A stretch of DNA of 59,955 bases, filler included. It is 6 parts of 6 records of this genome, joined end to end, with 100 filler letters (N's around TTAATTAATTAA, not from the genome) between each part and the next. Parts side by side here need not be neighbours in the genome. Positions count along the whole stretch, not along the records: positions 1 to 16,096 come from SRR20825019_653; positions 16,197 to 31,716 come from SRR20825019_654; 4 more parts are not named here. One strand, given 5' to 3'. Shown here piece after piece: positions 8,190 to 17,521 of this stretch (the stretch's first letter is position 1; every line of letters begins with the position of its first letter). A program made the translations under genes and the position numbers. The notes beneath the pieces were generated by a model that worked only from the letters and a program-made list of their open reading frames with translations, was not told the DNA's origin and ran no database searches.

Positions 8190-10058
8190 TTAGTTCGTAG
8201 GGTAAGCCGAGACAGAGGCGGAAGCCTCTCCGCACAGGCGTTGGACGCCTTCGGTGATCTCGCGCGTTTTGTAGCCCAAGCCATCCGTTTTGGTGATGCT
8301 GCGAATGGCTGGATTGGCGTAACGGGCCCGCAGGAGAGTGGCCAATTGGCCGAAACCGTAGAGCCCCTGGTCGTTCATCTCGATGACGAAGATCTGCCGG
8401 TAACGTGCGAAGATGCGTTCGAGTGAAGGTGGCAGCGGATGAAGATGTCGCAGATGGAGATGAGCACATTTTTGACCGGCCTTCCGCATGCGATTCACCG
8501 CTTCCTTGGTCGGACCGTAGGGCGAGCCCCAGCTGATCAGCAGGATGTCGCCTTCTTCGTCACCATGGACGGGAGGGCGGGCGAGCGATTCGCCGAAGGC
8601 TTTGAGTTTATCACGGCGACGGGCTGTCATTTTCATGTGCAGCGCAGGGTTGGCCGTGGGATGACCCAATTCATCATGCTCCAAACCTGTGACGGTGGGA
8701 TATGTGCCGGATTCGATGACCGAACCGGGCGCGGCGTGGCGGGTGATTTGATCAAGCGGGTAGGGCTTGAAGTCGGCTCCGCGAGGGGAGAGGTCGGGAG
8801 CGGGATCTTTCACCAACGAGGCAAGATCCGGCTCATCGAACGCCTCGATCCGGGTCGCGAGGGCCTGATCCGTGAGGATGATCACCGGCACGCTGCATTC
8901 CTTGGCGACGCGGGCGGCTTCAAGCGCGGTGTAGAAACAGTCTTCGACATCGCGTGGTGCGATCACAATCCGGGGCGCATCGCCATGACTGCCGTAGATC
9001 GCCTGCATCAGATCGCTTTGCTCAATGTTGGTGGGAAGTCCGGTGGAGGGGCCGCCCCGTTGCACGTTGATCACGATGAGGGGGATTTCGGCCATCACCG
9101 CCCAACCGAGGGCTTCCGATTTGAGGGACAGTCCCGGGCCGGAACTACCGGTGACGGCGAGGTGTCCCGAATAGGCGAAACCGAGGGCGAGGGAAACGGC
9201 GGCGAGTTCATCTTCGGCCTGCACGAAAGTGCCGCCGTATTTGGGCAGTTCGTTGCGCAGCATTTCCATGATCGTGGACCATGGGGTGATCGGGTAACCC
9301 GCGCCGTAGCGCACGCCCGCGGCGAGGAGGCCGTAGGAAAGCGCGGTGTTTCCATCCATCGTCACCTGCGGTTTGTCGCCAATGCGTTCGGAATGTCCGA
9401 AACTGTAGAGATGACCGAGCAGATTTTCGACCGGAGTCGCGTAACCCGCATCGAGCGCGAGGAGCGCATTGCGGGCCACATCCTCGCCTTTGCCGGCGAA
9501 TCGCTCGCGAACGAGCGTTTGCAGCTTCAAGACATCGAGACTGAAGACCCGGGAGATCAGCCCCAGCACGAACATGTTTTTCCCCTTGTTCTTCGCTGAC
9601 CCGCCCATGACCTCAATCGTGTTACTCGTGATGGCCACGGGCACATAGAGGAAACGCCGGTCGGAGGTGTCGGGTTCGACATGATCGCTGTCGTAGATGA
9701 GCACGCCGCCTTCACGCAGGGAGGCGATGTGCTCGTCGTAGCTGTGCTGGTAGAAAGCGACGAGAAAGTCGGTCTGATCGCCCACGGAAAGAATCTCCCC
9801 GGTGCCCATGCGCACCTGAAAGATCGAAGGTCCACCCGAGATGGTGGAGGGGATGGTCATATAGGTGATGACATCCTGGTCACTTCTTCCGGCCAGTTTG
9901 GCGAGAAAGCCGCCGATGGTTTGGATACCATCTTGCGAATTACCGGCGAGACGGATGACGGCATCCGGCAGCGTCGAAGTAGTAGAGGAGCCTGATGTAT
10001 TTTCAGAGGCTCCCCCGTTCGAGTCGGGGTTTGGGCTAACCATTTCGTTGGAATGCAT
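8190..10058 (-). CDS. korA: 2-oxoacid:ferredoxin oxidoreductase alpha subunit
   Basis: YPITP, QAEDELAA, SSGPGLSLKSE, VQRGGPSTGLPT, TGLEHDE. Confidence 0.94.
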   Translation of the reverse strand: MHSNEMVSPNPDSNGGASENTSGSSTTSTLPDAVIRLAGNSQDGIQTIGGFLAKLAGRSDQDVITYMTIPSTISGGPSIFQVRMGTGEILSVGDQTDFLVAFYQHSYDEHIASLREGGVLIYDSDHVEPDTSDRRFLYVPVAITSNTIEVMGGSAKNKGKNMFVLGLISRVFSLDVLKLQTLVRERFAGKGEDVARNALLALDAGYATPVENLLGHLYSFGHSERIGDKPQVTMDGNTALSYGLLAAGVRYGAGYPITPWSTIMEMLRNELPKYGGTFVQAEDELAAVSLALGFAYSGHLAVTGSSGPGLSLKSEALGWAVMAEIPLIVINVQRGGPSTGLPTNIEQSDLMQAIYGSHGDAPRIVIAPRDVEDCFYTALEAARVAKECSVPVIILTDQALATRIEAFDEPDLASLVKDPAPDLSPRGADFKPYPLDQITRHAAPGSVIESGTYPTVTGLEHDELGHPTANPALHMKMTARRRDKLKAFGESLARPPVHGDEEGDILLISWGSPYGPTKEAVNRMRKAGQKCAHLHLRHLHPLPPSLERIFARYRQIFVIEMNDQGLYGFGQLATLLRARYANPAIRSITKTDGLGYKTREITEGVQRLCGEASASVSAYPTN

Positions 10059-10232
10059 TGTGAAAATTCACGCGGCATACCACGAGGAAATGCTTCTGAG
10101 CTGCGTTCAGAACGGAAAGTTATGCGATGCGAGCGGAGGATTACTTAAAAATACTGTGTAAACAGGGGCGGATATTGCTCAACACGCCAAAAACGATTTG
10201 GCGTGGCAGGCTTTCGCAGCATGCTGCGCGGC

Positions 10233-11195
10233 ATGAATCGAACGGACCGACTCGTGGCGATGGTGATGTTTATGCAGGGGCGGCGCTTGGTGAAAGCGGA
10301 CGAGCTGGCGACGCATTTCGAGATCAGCGTGCGCACGGTTTATCGCGATATGTCGGCCTTGAGCGAAGCGGGAGTGCCAATTTCGGGCGAGGCGGGGGTC
10401 GGCTATAGTTTGGTGAAAGGGTATCATTTACCACCGGTCATGCTGACGGCGGATGAGGCGACCGCGCTGTTTGTGGGAGGAGAGATGGTGAAGCATTTCA
10501 CCGATGCTTCGTTGGGGGCGCCCATGGCGGCCGGATTGGATAAATTGCGGGCCGTGCTGCCGAGTGACCGGCAGGATCATGTGGAGAGGCTGTCGCGCCA
10601 AACGGTCGTTTACGGCAAATCACCCGGAGCCGTGCCGGACACAGGGCAACAACCCTGGTTATTGGCCGTGCAAAAGAGCGTGGTAAATCGACGGCTGCTT
10701 CAATTGCGTTATGCAGGGCGCGAGCGGGAGGAGACCACCCGTGAGGTGGAGCCGCTCGGCGTGGTGTTTTATGGCGGGGCCTGGTATCTGATCGCGTGGT
10801 GTCGGCTGCGAAATGATTTTCGCCAGTTCAGAATCGACCGGATTCGCGATCTGTCCGTCGGCAACGAACGGTTTGCGCACCGTCCGGATTTTTCACTGCG
10901 CGAACACATGGAAAGAGAATCGCAAGGGCAGGAAACGATTCACGCGCGGGTGTGGATTGCCGATTCGATGCAGGGGAAAGCGCGTTTGGAGAGCTACGCG
11001 ACCTTGATCGAAGAAACGCCGCGAGACGGTGGCACGGAATTTTCTCTCTATACGTTTTCGCTCGAATGGCTCGCGTGGTGGCTGTTGACCTTTGGTCCGG
11101 AAGCCGAAGCACTCGAACCGCCGGAACTGCGCGCACGGGTCGCTGCCATCGCGAGGGAGACCGTGGCGAAATATGCGAGCGAGATTAACCGCTGA
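10233..11195 (+). CDS. YafY family HTH-WYL transcriptional regulator
   Basis: MNRTDRL...FEISVRTVYRDMSAL...LPPVMLT...WYLIAWCRLRNDFRQFRIDRI. Confidence 0.93.
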   Translation: MNRTDRLVAMVMFMQGRRLVKADELATHFEISVRTVYRDMSALSEAGVPISGEAGVGYSLVKGYHLPPVMLTADEATALFVGGEMVKHFTDASLGAPMAAGLDKLRAVLPSDRQDHVERLSRQTVVYGKSPGAVPDTGQQPWLLAVQKSVVNRRLLQLRYAGREREETTREVEPLGVVFYGGAWYLIAWCRLRNDFRQFRIDRIRDLSVGNERFAHRPDFSLREHMERESQGQETIHARVWIADSMQGKARLESYATLIEETPRDGGTEFSLYTFSLEWLAWWLLTFGPEAEALEPPELRARVAAIARETVAKYASEINR

Positions 11196-11232
11196 GCGCG
11201 TTTTATTCGCGGGGATCGCGGGAGGTGCGGGA

Positions 11233-11524
11233 GGGCGCGGTCGAGCCGCGCCCCTACGGTTAACAGCGCTCGCTTTGTAGGGGCGCGCCTCGTGCGCGCC
11301 CGATACGATCCGGGATGCTTGCTTCTGGATGGTCGTGGATCGCCACGGCACGCTGCACGCTCCTCGCGATGACAGATTTGCTATCGCGAAGTAAACCGGG
11401 GTCAGCGACCCCGGCTACAGTTTGGTGTCGGTATTGATGTAGCTGGCCTCGCTGAGGCCGGACCCATGCGCGAGCGAGTTCGCGGCCGACATTCGGAATG
11501 GCGGGATCAGCGATCCCGCCCTAC
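11233..11524. repeat. Array of ~7 heterogeneous REP-like palindromes between convergent genes
   Basis: GTAG/CTAC-tailed hairpins at 11233-11257, 11277-11301, 11396-11418, 11439-11461, 11466-11490 (degenerate), 11500-11524, plus a GTCATCGCGAGGAGCG-type unit on the minus strand at 11336-11373. Confidence 0.82.
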
Positions 11525-11527
11525 ATT

Positions 11528-11947
11528 TCAGGCGCTCTTCTTACCGAGATTCACGATTTGGGTGAACTCGTCTTTGGACAGCGGCATGATGGAGAGGCGG
11601 CTCTGACGAATCAGGGCGATATCGGCGAGCGAGGCTTCTGCTTTGATTCGTGCGAGGGTGACCGGATTGGCGATGGGTTTCACGGCCTTGAGTTTGACGG
11701 AAACCCAGCCCGGTTTGTCCGCGGTCTTATCTTCGGTGGCCGTCTGGGTGACTTCGGTGATGCCGACGACGGCCTTGGTGCTCACGCTTTCGTAGAAAAA
11801 GACACGATCGCCCTTGCGCATGGCGTTGAGATGGATGCGCGCCTGATAGTTGCGCACACCGGTCCAATCGGTTTCGCCTTCTTTGAGGAGATCGGCCCAC
11901 GAGTAGGCTTCGGGTTCGGATTTAACCAGCCAGTATTGCTTTGTCAT
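11528..11947 (-). CDS. EVE domain protein
   Basis: YWLVKSEP...WTGVRNYQAR...GDRVFFY...RQSRLS. Confidence 0.93.
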   Translation of the reverse strand: MTKQYWLVKSEPEAYSWADLLKEGETDWTGVRNYQARIHLNAMRKGDRVFFYESVSTKAVVGITEVTQTATEDKTADKPGWVSVKLKAVKPIANPVTLARIKAEASLADIALIRQSRLSIMPLSKDEFTQIVNLGKKSA

Positions 11948-12101
11948 TAAAATGGGGGTTCAGTGCGCGCTATAGATATGAATGAGGAGTCATCTGAAAA
12001 GGTAAAAGCCCGCCGGGCAATCCGGTTTCTCTATGCATTGACCTTTGTTTTTATTGTCGGGCCTTTGCTGCTGTATTTCTATTTAAACTGATTTTCCCGG
12101 A

Positions 12102-13106
12102 ATGAACAAAACCCTCTTTGCTATTCGGATGGTATTCATCGCGCTGTGCACGACCAGCGGCTGGTTGGTGTGCTACACCGTGCGCGAGTGGGATGATTAT
12201 CGGGCCCTGGCTGCGTTGATCGGCGCCTTGATTGGCGCCTTGGTGCTGTTGGTCGATGTCATGCTGAAGGGATTTTCCCTCAGAGGGCTTTCGGCGATTA
12301 CGTTTGGTTTGGGGATCGGGGCACTGATTTCTTATCTGATCGGCACGTCACCGCTGTTGGAGCACGGCGATGAGCAGACGATATTTATCGTTCGCCTGAG
12401 CCTGTTTATGATCGTCACCTACCTGTGCACGGTAATCGCGCTGCGGGGGAGGGATGATTTCAATCTGGTGATTCCCTATGTGCGCTTCGTGCCGCACGAG
12501 GTGGATGTGCCCCTCGTGGTCGTTGATACCAGTGTCTTGATCGATGGCCGAATCGCGAAAGTCTGCGAAGCGGGGTTCCTGAGTGCGGCCCTCGTGATTC
12601 CCCGGTTTGTGCTGACGGAGCTGAATGCGGTGGCGAATTCCGATGACCCTCAAAAGCAGGCGCGTGGGCGGCGTGGTCTGGAAGTGCTCAACGAATTGCG
12701 CCGGATTAAGCATCTCGATTTGCGCACACCCGAGAGCGAAGTGTCCAAGCGTGAGGATCTTGATGCTAAATTGGTTTTTTTGGCGCAGTCGATGAAGGCC
12801 AAATTGATGACGACCGATTTCAATCTCGCGAAGATGGCCGAGTTTCACGGTGTGCCTTGGCTCGATTTAAATCAGCTGGCCCGCTCGCTCCGGCCCGAAT
12901 TGATGATCGGGGAGTCCTTGACGGTCGAATTGGCCAAACCGGGCAAGGAAGCCGGGCAGGCCGTGGGTTACATGGGGGACGGTTCCATGATCGTCGTCGA
13001 GGGAGGTCGCGACCACCTCGGTAAGCGAGTGCAGGCTGAAGTGGTCAGCGTGTTGCCCACCGCCGGAGGGAAGATGGTCTTCGCCCGATTTGTTGCCCAA
13101 GTCTGA
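12102..13106 (+). CDS. PIN/TRAM domain membrane protein (YacL-like)
   Basis: N-terminal TM helices; VDTSVLIDGRI, RGRRGLEVL, TTDFNL, GQAVGYMGDGSMIVVE. Confidence 0.92.
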   Translation: MNKTLFAIRMVFIALCTTSGWLVCYTVREWDDYRALAALIGALIGALVLLVDVMLKGFSLRGLSAITFGLGIGALISYLIGTSPLLEHGDEQTIFIVRLSLFMIVTYLCTVIALRGRDDFNLVIPYVRFVPHEVDVPLVVVDTSVLIDGRIAKVCEAGFLSAALVIPRFVLTELNAVANSDDPQKQARGRRGLEVLNELRRIKHLDLRTPESEVSKREDLDAKLVFLAQSMKAKLMTTDFNLAKMAEFHGVPWLDLNQLARSLRPELMIGESLTVELAKPGKEAGQAVGYMGDGSMIVVEGGRDHLGKRVQAEVVSVLPTAGGKMVFARFVAQV

Positions 13107-13241
13107 GTTCAGGAGTGATTCTGAGTCAGAGGGGATTGATGGACGGGATTCGTTCACGCCGGAGGCGTAGCCTGGCATTCGCGGGGATCGCGGAGCGATC
13201 TGAGAGGGGATTCGAGGACAGGGGGAGAGGGATCGAGACCC

Positions 13242-13268
13242 AAAAAAACCTCCAAAAAATGGAGGTTT
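13242..13268 (-). terminator. Intrinsic terminator after tRNA-Asp
   Basis: AAACCTCC-loop-GGAGGTTT hairpin with U-tract on minus strand. Confidence 0.7.
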
Positions 13269-13272
13269 AAAA

Positions 13273-13349
13273 TGGCGGGATGGACGGGACTCGAACCCGC
13301 GGCCTTCTGCGTGACAGGCAGACGCTCTAACCAACTGAGCTACCACCCC
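13273..13349 (-). tRNA. tRNA-Asp(GTC)
   Basis: GGGGTGGTAGCTCAGTTGGTTAGAGCGTCTGCCTGTCACGCAGAAGGCCGCGGGTTCGAGTCCCGTCCATCCCGCCA, 77 nt cloverleaf with CCA. Confidence 0.97.
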
Positions 13350-13462
13350 GTAAAGGGGAAAGGACGCGGAAGCTAGAAACCGCACAGGCCAAGTCAAGCG
13401 TGGTTTCACTTTTGCTTAAAAATCTCTGCGAAGGGCGAACTTTTCTGACTGAAAGCGGATAC

Positions 13463-13490
13463 AAAAAGACCCGCTGAATGGCGGGCCTTT
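13463..13490 (-). terminator. Intrinsic terminator after PEP-CTERM gene
   Basis: AAAAAGACCCGC-TGAATG-GCGGGCCTTT. Confidence 0.65.
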
Positions 13491-13511
13491 AGTCAGGTAT
13501 TCTGGGATGAA

Positions 13512-14198
13512 CTATGCCGCGCGCTGGCGACGTCGGTGGATGACACCGCCGAGAGCGATGATTCCCAAGAGTAGAGCCGCGGTTGAAGGCTCGGGCACAG
13601 CCGAGGCGCTGATTTGAACATTATCGAAGGCGACAATGCCAACTCCACTCGCATTTGAAAGTGTCCCTCGGATATAGACATTGGCTTGGTTGCTCAAGCT
13701 GCTCACCATGGTGCTAAACGCGGACTCCGTGGAGGATAATGTGAGGTCGCCTGGGAGTGTTGCGGTGTGCGTAATCGGTGTCGGGGTGTCGGGGGAGGTG
13801 AAATTGCTTCCGTCGGTGCTGTATGACCACTGGATGGTGTCGAAGCCCGTAGTTAAGGATTCGATCGTATAGGTGAGACTGGGAGCGCCGAGTCCCAGGG
13901 TCGAAAACTGAAAGGTGATGGTTTGATCAGATCCCACGCTGGCATAAGTGAGAGCATTGCCTGCCACGTCGGTTGAATAAAGATTAGTGCTGGTGGCAAT
14001 CGCCAGATAGGCGGGCGATGAGAGACTGCTAGTCAATGTGCCGGTGCCATGATCGACGATTAAATTGTCATCATTAAAATTCCAAACTGCGATTGTTGTC
14101 TGCGCGGCGGACGGTGAAATGAAGATCAAGCAACACATTGCTAATATCTGGAAGGATGGGCCTAATCTGAGGCGAGAGGGGGAGAGGAGCTTCTTCAT
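13512..14198 (-). CDS. PEP-CTERM sorting-signal surface protein (Ser/Thr-rich)
   Basis: Signal peptide; C-terminal VPEPSTAALLLGIIALGGVIHRRRQR. Confidence 0.93.
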   Translation of the reverse strand: MKKLLSPSRLRLGPSFQILAMCCLIFISPSAAQTTIAVWNFNDDNLIVDHGTGTLTSSLSSPAYLAIATSTNLYSTDVAGNALTYASVGSDQTITFQFSTLGLGAPSLTYTIESLTTGFDTIQWSYSTDGSNFTSPDTPTPITHTATLPGDLTLSSTESAFSTMVSSLSNQANVYIRGTLSNASGVGIVAFDNVQISASAVPEPSTAALLLGIIALGGVIHRRRQRAA

Positions 14199-14491
14199 AT
14201 ATTTTTACGGGGTTCGCTTGCCTGACTCCTCATAAATTATACAAAATTATAATTATTTAAAGATAAATAATATAGGTGATGGTAACTAGTTATTATGGAG
14301 TAGTGGATTAAAACCATTTGAGTATGATTGAACCTACCTTATTTTAACAAAATTATATATTTTGAAATATATTGCCCGGATTTTGCTCATGAGGTGCCCG
14401 GCGATGGTGTTGCAATTGGCTGGATGCTAGGATATTAGACAAAAAGTTTGCTTGAGCGTGAGATGTTCGCTGAAAACTGTGGTGGCTTAAC

Positions 14492-14568
14492 GTGGTGGTA
14501 GCTCAACTGGATAGAGCATCGGTTTTCTAAACCGACGGTCGCGGGTTCGAGTCCCGCCCACCGCACCA
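14492..14568 (+). tRNA. tRNA-Arg(TCT)
   Basis: GTGGTGGTAGCTCAACTGGATAGAGCA-TCGGT-TTTCTAA-ACCGA-CGGTC-GCGGGTTCGAGTCCCGC-CCACCGCACCA; 7-nt loop centres TCT. Confidence 0.95.
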
Positions 14569-14653
14569 GCCTTCATCTTTCGACAAGCTCAGAGCTGCGG
14601 CTCGGCGAGCCAGACCTTAAGATACCGGGGAATATGTCTTCGTCGCGAGCCCG

Positions 14654-15190
14654 CTAATTGCGGATCTCGGCGAGCACATTTCTCCAGAGGGTGGCTTCGC
14701 CGGGGTGGCCGTGGGTCTGGAGATCGTGGTCGATTTGTTCCAACGTAGGTTCCTCGACGTCGTGTTTGGGATCGTTGGGCCAATTGGGATTGGTTTTGCA
14801 GGCGAGAGCCCAGCAGGCCCAGGAACGGGCGCGACGTTGTTCGCGGCGTGGAGCCTTCAAGCGATCGGCGTAGTGTTGGAAATGCACGCGAGGATTGCCG
14901 ATGAAGACATCCGTCGGCGTATGAGCCATGAACCACGCCATCGCGGCATAGGGCAGGGGAAATTCTTTCAAGACGGTTTCATTGCCGTTCAGATCCGCCC
15001 CCATGGCGCGATCAAGGCAGAGCATCGCGCGGGCGGGGAGGTGGCGCAGCCAGAGATCCTGTCCGTATTCAAGACAGGCATGATAAAATTCCGCTCCACG
15101 ATCCTGATCGCGATATCGATTGAGGGTTCGCCAATCGAGATGGGGGCGGGGCGTGGGGAGATGCGGGCAGGTCGGAAAGAGTGCGGCCAT
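14654..15190 (-). CDS. Hypothetical protein
   Basis: 178-aa ORF with protein-like composition (GNPRVHFQHYADR, RARSWACWALA). Confidence 0.7.
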   Translation of the reverse strand: MAALFPTCPHLPTPRPHLDWRTLNRYRDQDRGAEFYHACLEYGQDLWLRHLPARAMLCLDRAMGADLNGNETVLKEFPLPYAAMAWFMAHTPTDVFIGNPRVHFQHYADRLKAPRREQRRARSWACWALACKTNPNWPNDPKHDVEEPTLEQIDHDLQTHGHPGEATLWRNVLAEIRN

Positions 15191-15246
15191 GGCGTTAGCT
15201 GAGGGTTGGAACGGGCGAGGTCAACGCGAACTCTTGTGATTCACGC

Positions 15247-15960
15247 TTGGCGCATGGCGCTGTATCGCCAAAAACAAGTCCTCTGAACTCTACTACGAAA
15301 TCTCCCGATTCCTCATCAGAGGTGCACGGTATTACCGGTTGGCGCCAATTGGTGATGTGGCCGTTTGCTCTGTTGATGCGCTTGTGGGGCATGTCGTTGC
15401 GTTTTCAAGAAAGTGAGGAGGATCTTCGCAACTATACGAAACGTGATGAGACGGTGGCCTTGGTGTTGTGGCACAACCGGTTGTTTCTCTCGGCGGAGAT
15501 CTTCCGTCGTTACCGTGGGGGGCGGCATACCTATGCCTTGGTCAGCCCGAGTCAGGACGGGGCGTGGTTGTCGGCTTTCTTTGGATTAATCGGGATGCGC
15601 ACGGTGCGCGGTTCGAGTAAGAATCTGGGGCGCGAAGCGGTGACCGCATTGGTAACGCTGTTGAAGGAGGGGAAGGACGTGGGGATTACGCCGGATGGCC
15701 CCCGGGGACCTCGCTACGAATTTAAGGAAGGCGCCTTGATCGTGGCGCGCCGGACCAAAACGCCTTTGCTCCTGATCGGCGCTGATTTCGAATCGGCATG
15801 GCGTTTCCGTAAGGCGTGGGATCATTTCTATTTGCCCAAACCTTTCTCGAAAGTGCGGATGCGCTGCGAACTGATCACGGTGGATCAACTCGCGGATCGC
15901 CAAGCGGCCGCTTCCCGATTGGAGAAGCGGTTACGTGAGCTCAATCCGGACCGCGGCTAA
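15247..15960 (+). CDS. DUF374 / lysophospholipid acyltransferase-like protein
   Basis: LWHNR, LVSPSQDG, VRGSS, ITPDGPRGP, WDHFYLPKPFS. Confidence 0.88.
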   Translation: MAHGAVSPKTSPLNSTTKSPDSSSEVHGITGWRQLVMWPFALLMRLWGMSLRFQESEEDLRNYTKRDETVALVLWHNRLFLSAEIFRRYRGGRHTYALVSPSQDGAWLSAFFGLIGMRTVRGSSKNLGREAVTALVTLLKEGKDVGITPDGPRGPRYEFKEGALIVARRTKTPLLLIGADFESAWRFRKAWDHFYLPKPFSKVRMRCELITVDQLADRQAAASRLEKRLRELNPDRG

Positions 15961-16012
15961 GGGCGGTCCGAGATGAGGGTGAGTTTTTAAATCAATCGAA
16001 ACGCACCAAGCA

Positions 16013-16039
16013 TGTCATTCTGAGCAAGGCGAAGAATCC
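16013..16039 (+). repeat. GTCATTCTGAGC-type REP-like unit
   Basis: TGTCATTCTGAGCAAGGCGAAGAATCC near contig end. Confidence 0.5.
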
Positions 16040-16096
16040 GCTTAGGGAAACGCTGATAAAAGAGAATTTCGCAGCGTGGCGAAACTAAAGAGCACG

Positions 16097-16196
16097 NNNN
16101 NNNNNNNNNNNNNNNNNNNNNNNNNNNNNNNNNNNNNNNNTTAATTAATTAANNNNNNNNNNNNNNNNNNNNNNNNNNNNNNNNNNNNNNNNNNNN
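16097..16196. other. Artificial contig spacer
   Basis: 44 N + TTAATTAATTAA + 44 N. Confidence 0.99.
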
Positions 16197-16389
16197 CACA
16201 CCTGCGCCACAAAAACCGTCACACTTATACCACCTGTGTGGCGTCGTGAAACGCGTCTGCTTCGGTGTTTTTATACACCCGCCAGTTTTGATGTGGTATG
16301 AGCGTTTGAACGAGGCCAATGTCACGGGCCGAATGGACGCTTATCTGATACGATGCTTTGAAAAAGCACATTGCGACGGAGACATATAG

Positions 16390-17136
16390 ATGAAAAAGTT
16401 TTTCCTCCTGCTTCTTGTCCTGATCATCGGCGGGGCGGCATTTGCCTATTACCAGCTTGATTCTATTGTGAAAACCGGCGTTGAAACCACCGGCCCGGAC
16501 GTGCTGAAGGTGGACGTGAAGGTTGATAGCGTCAGGCTCTCCCCCTTCTCCGGCAAGGTTGGCATCAAGGGGCTTACCATTGGCCAGCCTGAAGGCTTTG
16601 GCGAGGGTGCTATCGCATCGCTTGGGGTTTTTGACATGCAGCTCAGAACCAAGACGCTGATGTCAGATCATATCATCATTGACCGCATGTATATTGAAGC
16701 CCCCGTGCTGGATGCCCGCACCAAAGGCAGGCTCACAAATTTTGACGCCCTGCAAAAGGGCATTGGCTATACCGCGACGGACGACGCGCCCTCCAGCGTT
16801 ACGCTCACCATCAAGGAAATGGTGGTGAAGGCACCTGAGGTTGCGGTCTCGACAGAGGGGGGCCTGATGGACGTGAACGAGCGCATCAAGCTCGCTGATT
16901 TTACCCTCACCGACCTAGGGACGGACGAGAAAGGCTTGGCGCCCAGCGAGATCGCCCGCCATGTGATGGACGTGCTGCAGCCGCAAATCGCCAAGGCGCT
17001 GATTTCCGCTAACGCACCGGAAAAACTGAAGAATATTGCTGATGACGCGCGCGGCAAGCTTGAGAAGGGGCTTGGTGGTCTTGTCGGCAAGCTCAAGAAA
17101 AAATCGGATGAAAAAGACGACGACGGCAATAACTGA
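16390..17136 (+). CDS. AsmA-like/DUF748-like membrane-anchored protein
   Basis: N-terminal TM anchor, VDSVRLSPFSG..IKGLTIGQPEGF beta-rich region. Confidence 0.65.
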   Translation: MKKFFLLLLVLIIGGAAFAYYQLDSIVKTGVETTGPDVLKVDVKVDSVRLSPFSGKVGIKGLTIGQPEGFGEGAIASLGVFDMQLRTKTLMSDHIIIDRMYIEAPVLDARTKGRLTNFDALQKGIGYTATDDAPSSVTLTIKEMVVKAPEVAVSTEGGLMDVNERIKLADFTLTDLGTDEKGLAPSEIARHVMDVLQPQIAKALISANAPEKLKNIADDARGKLEKGLGGLVGKLKKKSDEKDDDGNN

Positions 17137-17190
17137 TTGATTTCTGGACTGGTCCGTCCAATATTCATCAAATTCATCAGGGAGACCATA

Positions 17191-17490
17191 ATGTCACTAG
17201 AAAAAATTACAGACGAACTGCGCACCCGCATTGGCGCTCACTCACCTCTCACCGCCATCATCAAGTTTGATTTTGGCGATGACGGCGTTGTGCGTATCGA
17301 CGGAAAATCCTCACCAACAGTGGTGGATAACGCTGATTCGGAAGCTGACTGCACCGTAAAAGTCACCATGGACAACTTTGTCCAGATCGCGGAGGGCAAC
17401 CTCAACCCGCAGATGGCTTTCATGACCGGTAAATTGCGTGTAGAAGGCGACATGAGCCTTGCCATGCAGCTTGGCTCGATCCTCGGATAA
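17191..17490 (+). CDS. SCP2 sterol/lipid-binding domain protein
   Basis: ADCTVKV...GNLNPQMAFMTGKLRVEGDMSLAMQL; GGAG RBS. Confidence 0.93.
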   Translation: MSLEKITDELRTRIGAHSPLTAIIKFDFGDDGVVRIDGKSSPTVVDNADSEADCTVKVTMDNFVQIAEGNLNPQMAFMTGKLRVEGDMSLAMQLGSILG

Positions 17491-17521
17491 GCCAAGAAAA
17501 CGGCCAAAGTAACAGGTTGAT

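Noticed and set aside
11233..11524. Possible CRISPR array
   Set aside because: Units differ in sequence and orientation, spacing is irregular and no cas genes are present; the pattern fits REP elements
10233..13106. WYL + EVE + PIN as a defence or toxin-antitoxin island
   Set aside because: All three are widespread stand-alone types (YafY, single-domain EVE, membrane YacL-like PIN/TRAM) in different orientations with no effector or antitoxin
14519..14535. CTA in the anticodon loop, suggesting an amber-suppressor or pyrrolysine tRNA
   Set aside because: The TCGGT/ACCGA stem defines the loop TTTCTAA, which centres TCT (Arg); centring CTA breaks the stem
16097..16196. Repeated TTAATTAATTAA inside N-runs (five copies)
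   Set aside because: Identical 100-bp artificial spacers with stops in all frames; ORFs ending in XXX-LIN are artefacts and cross-spacer neighbourhoods are meaningless
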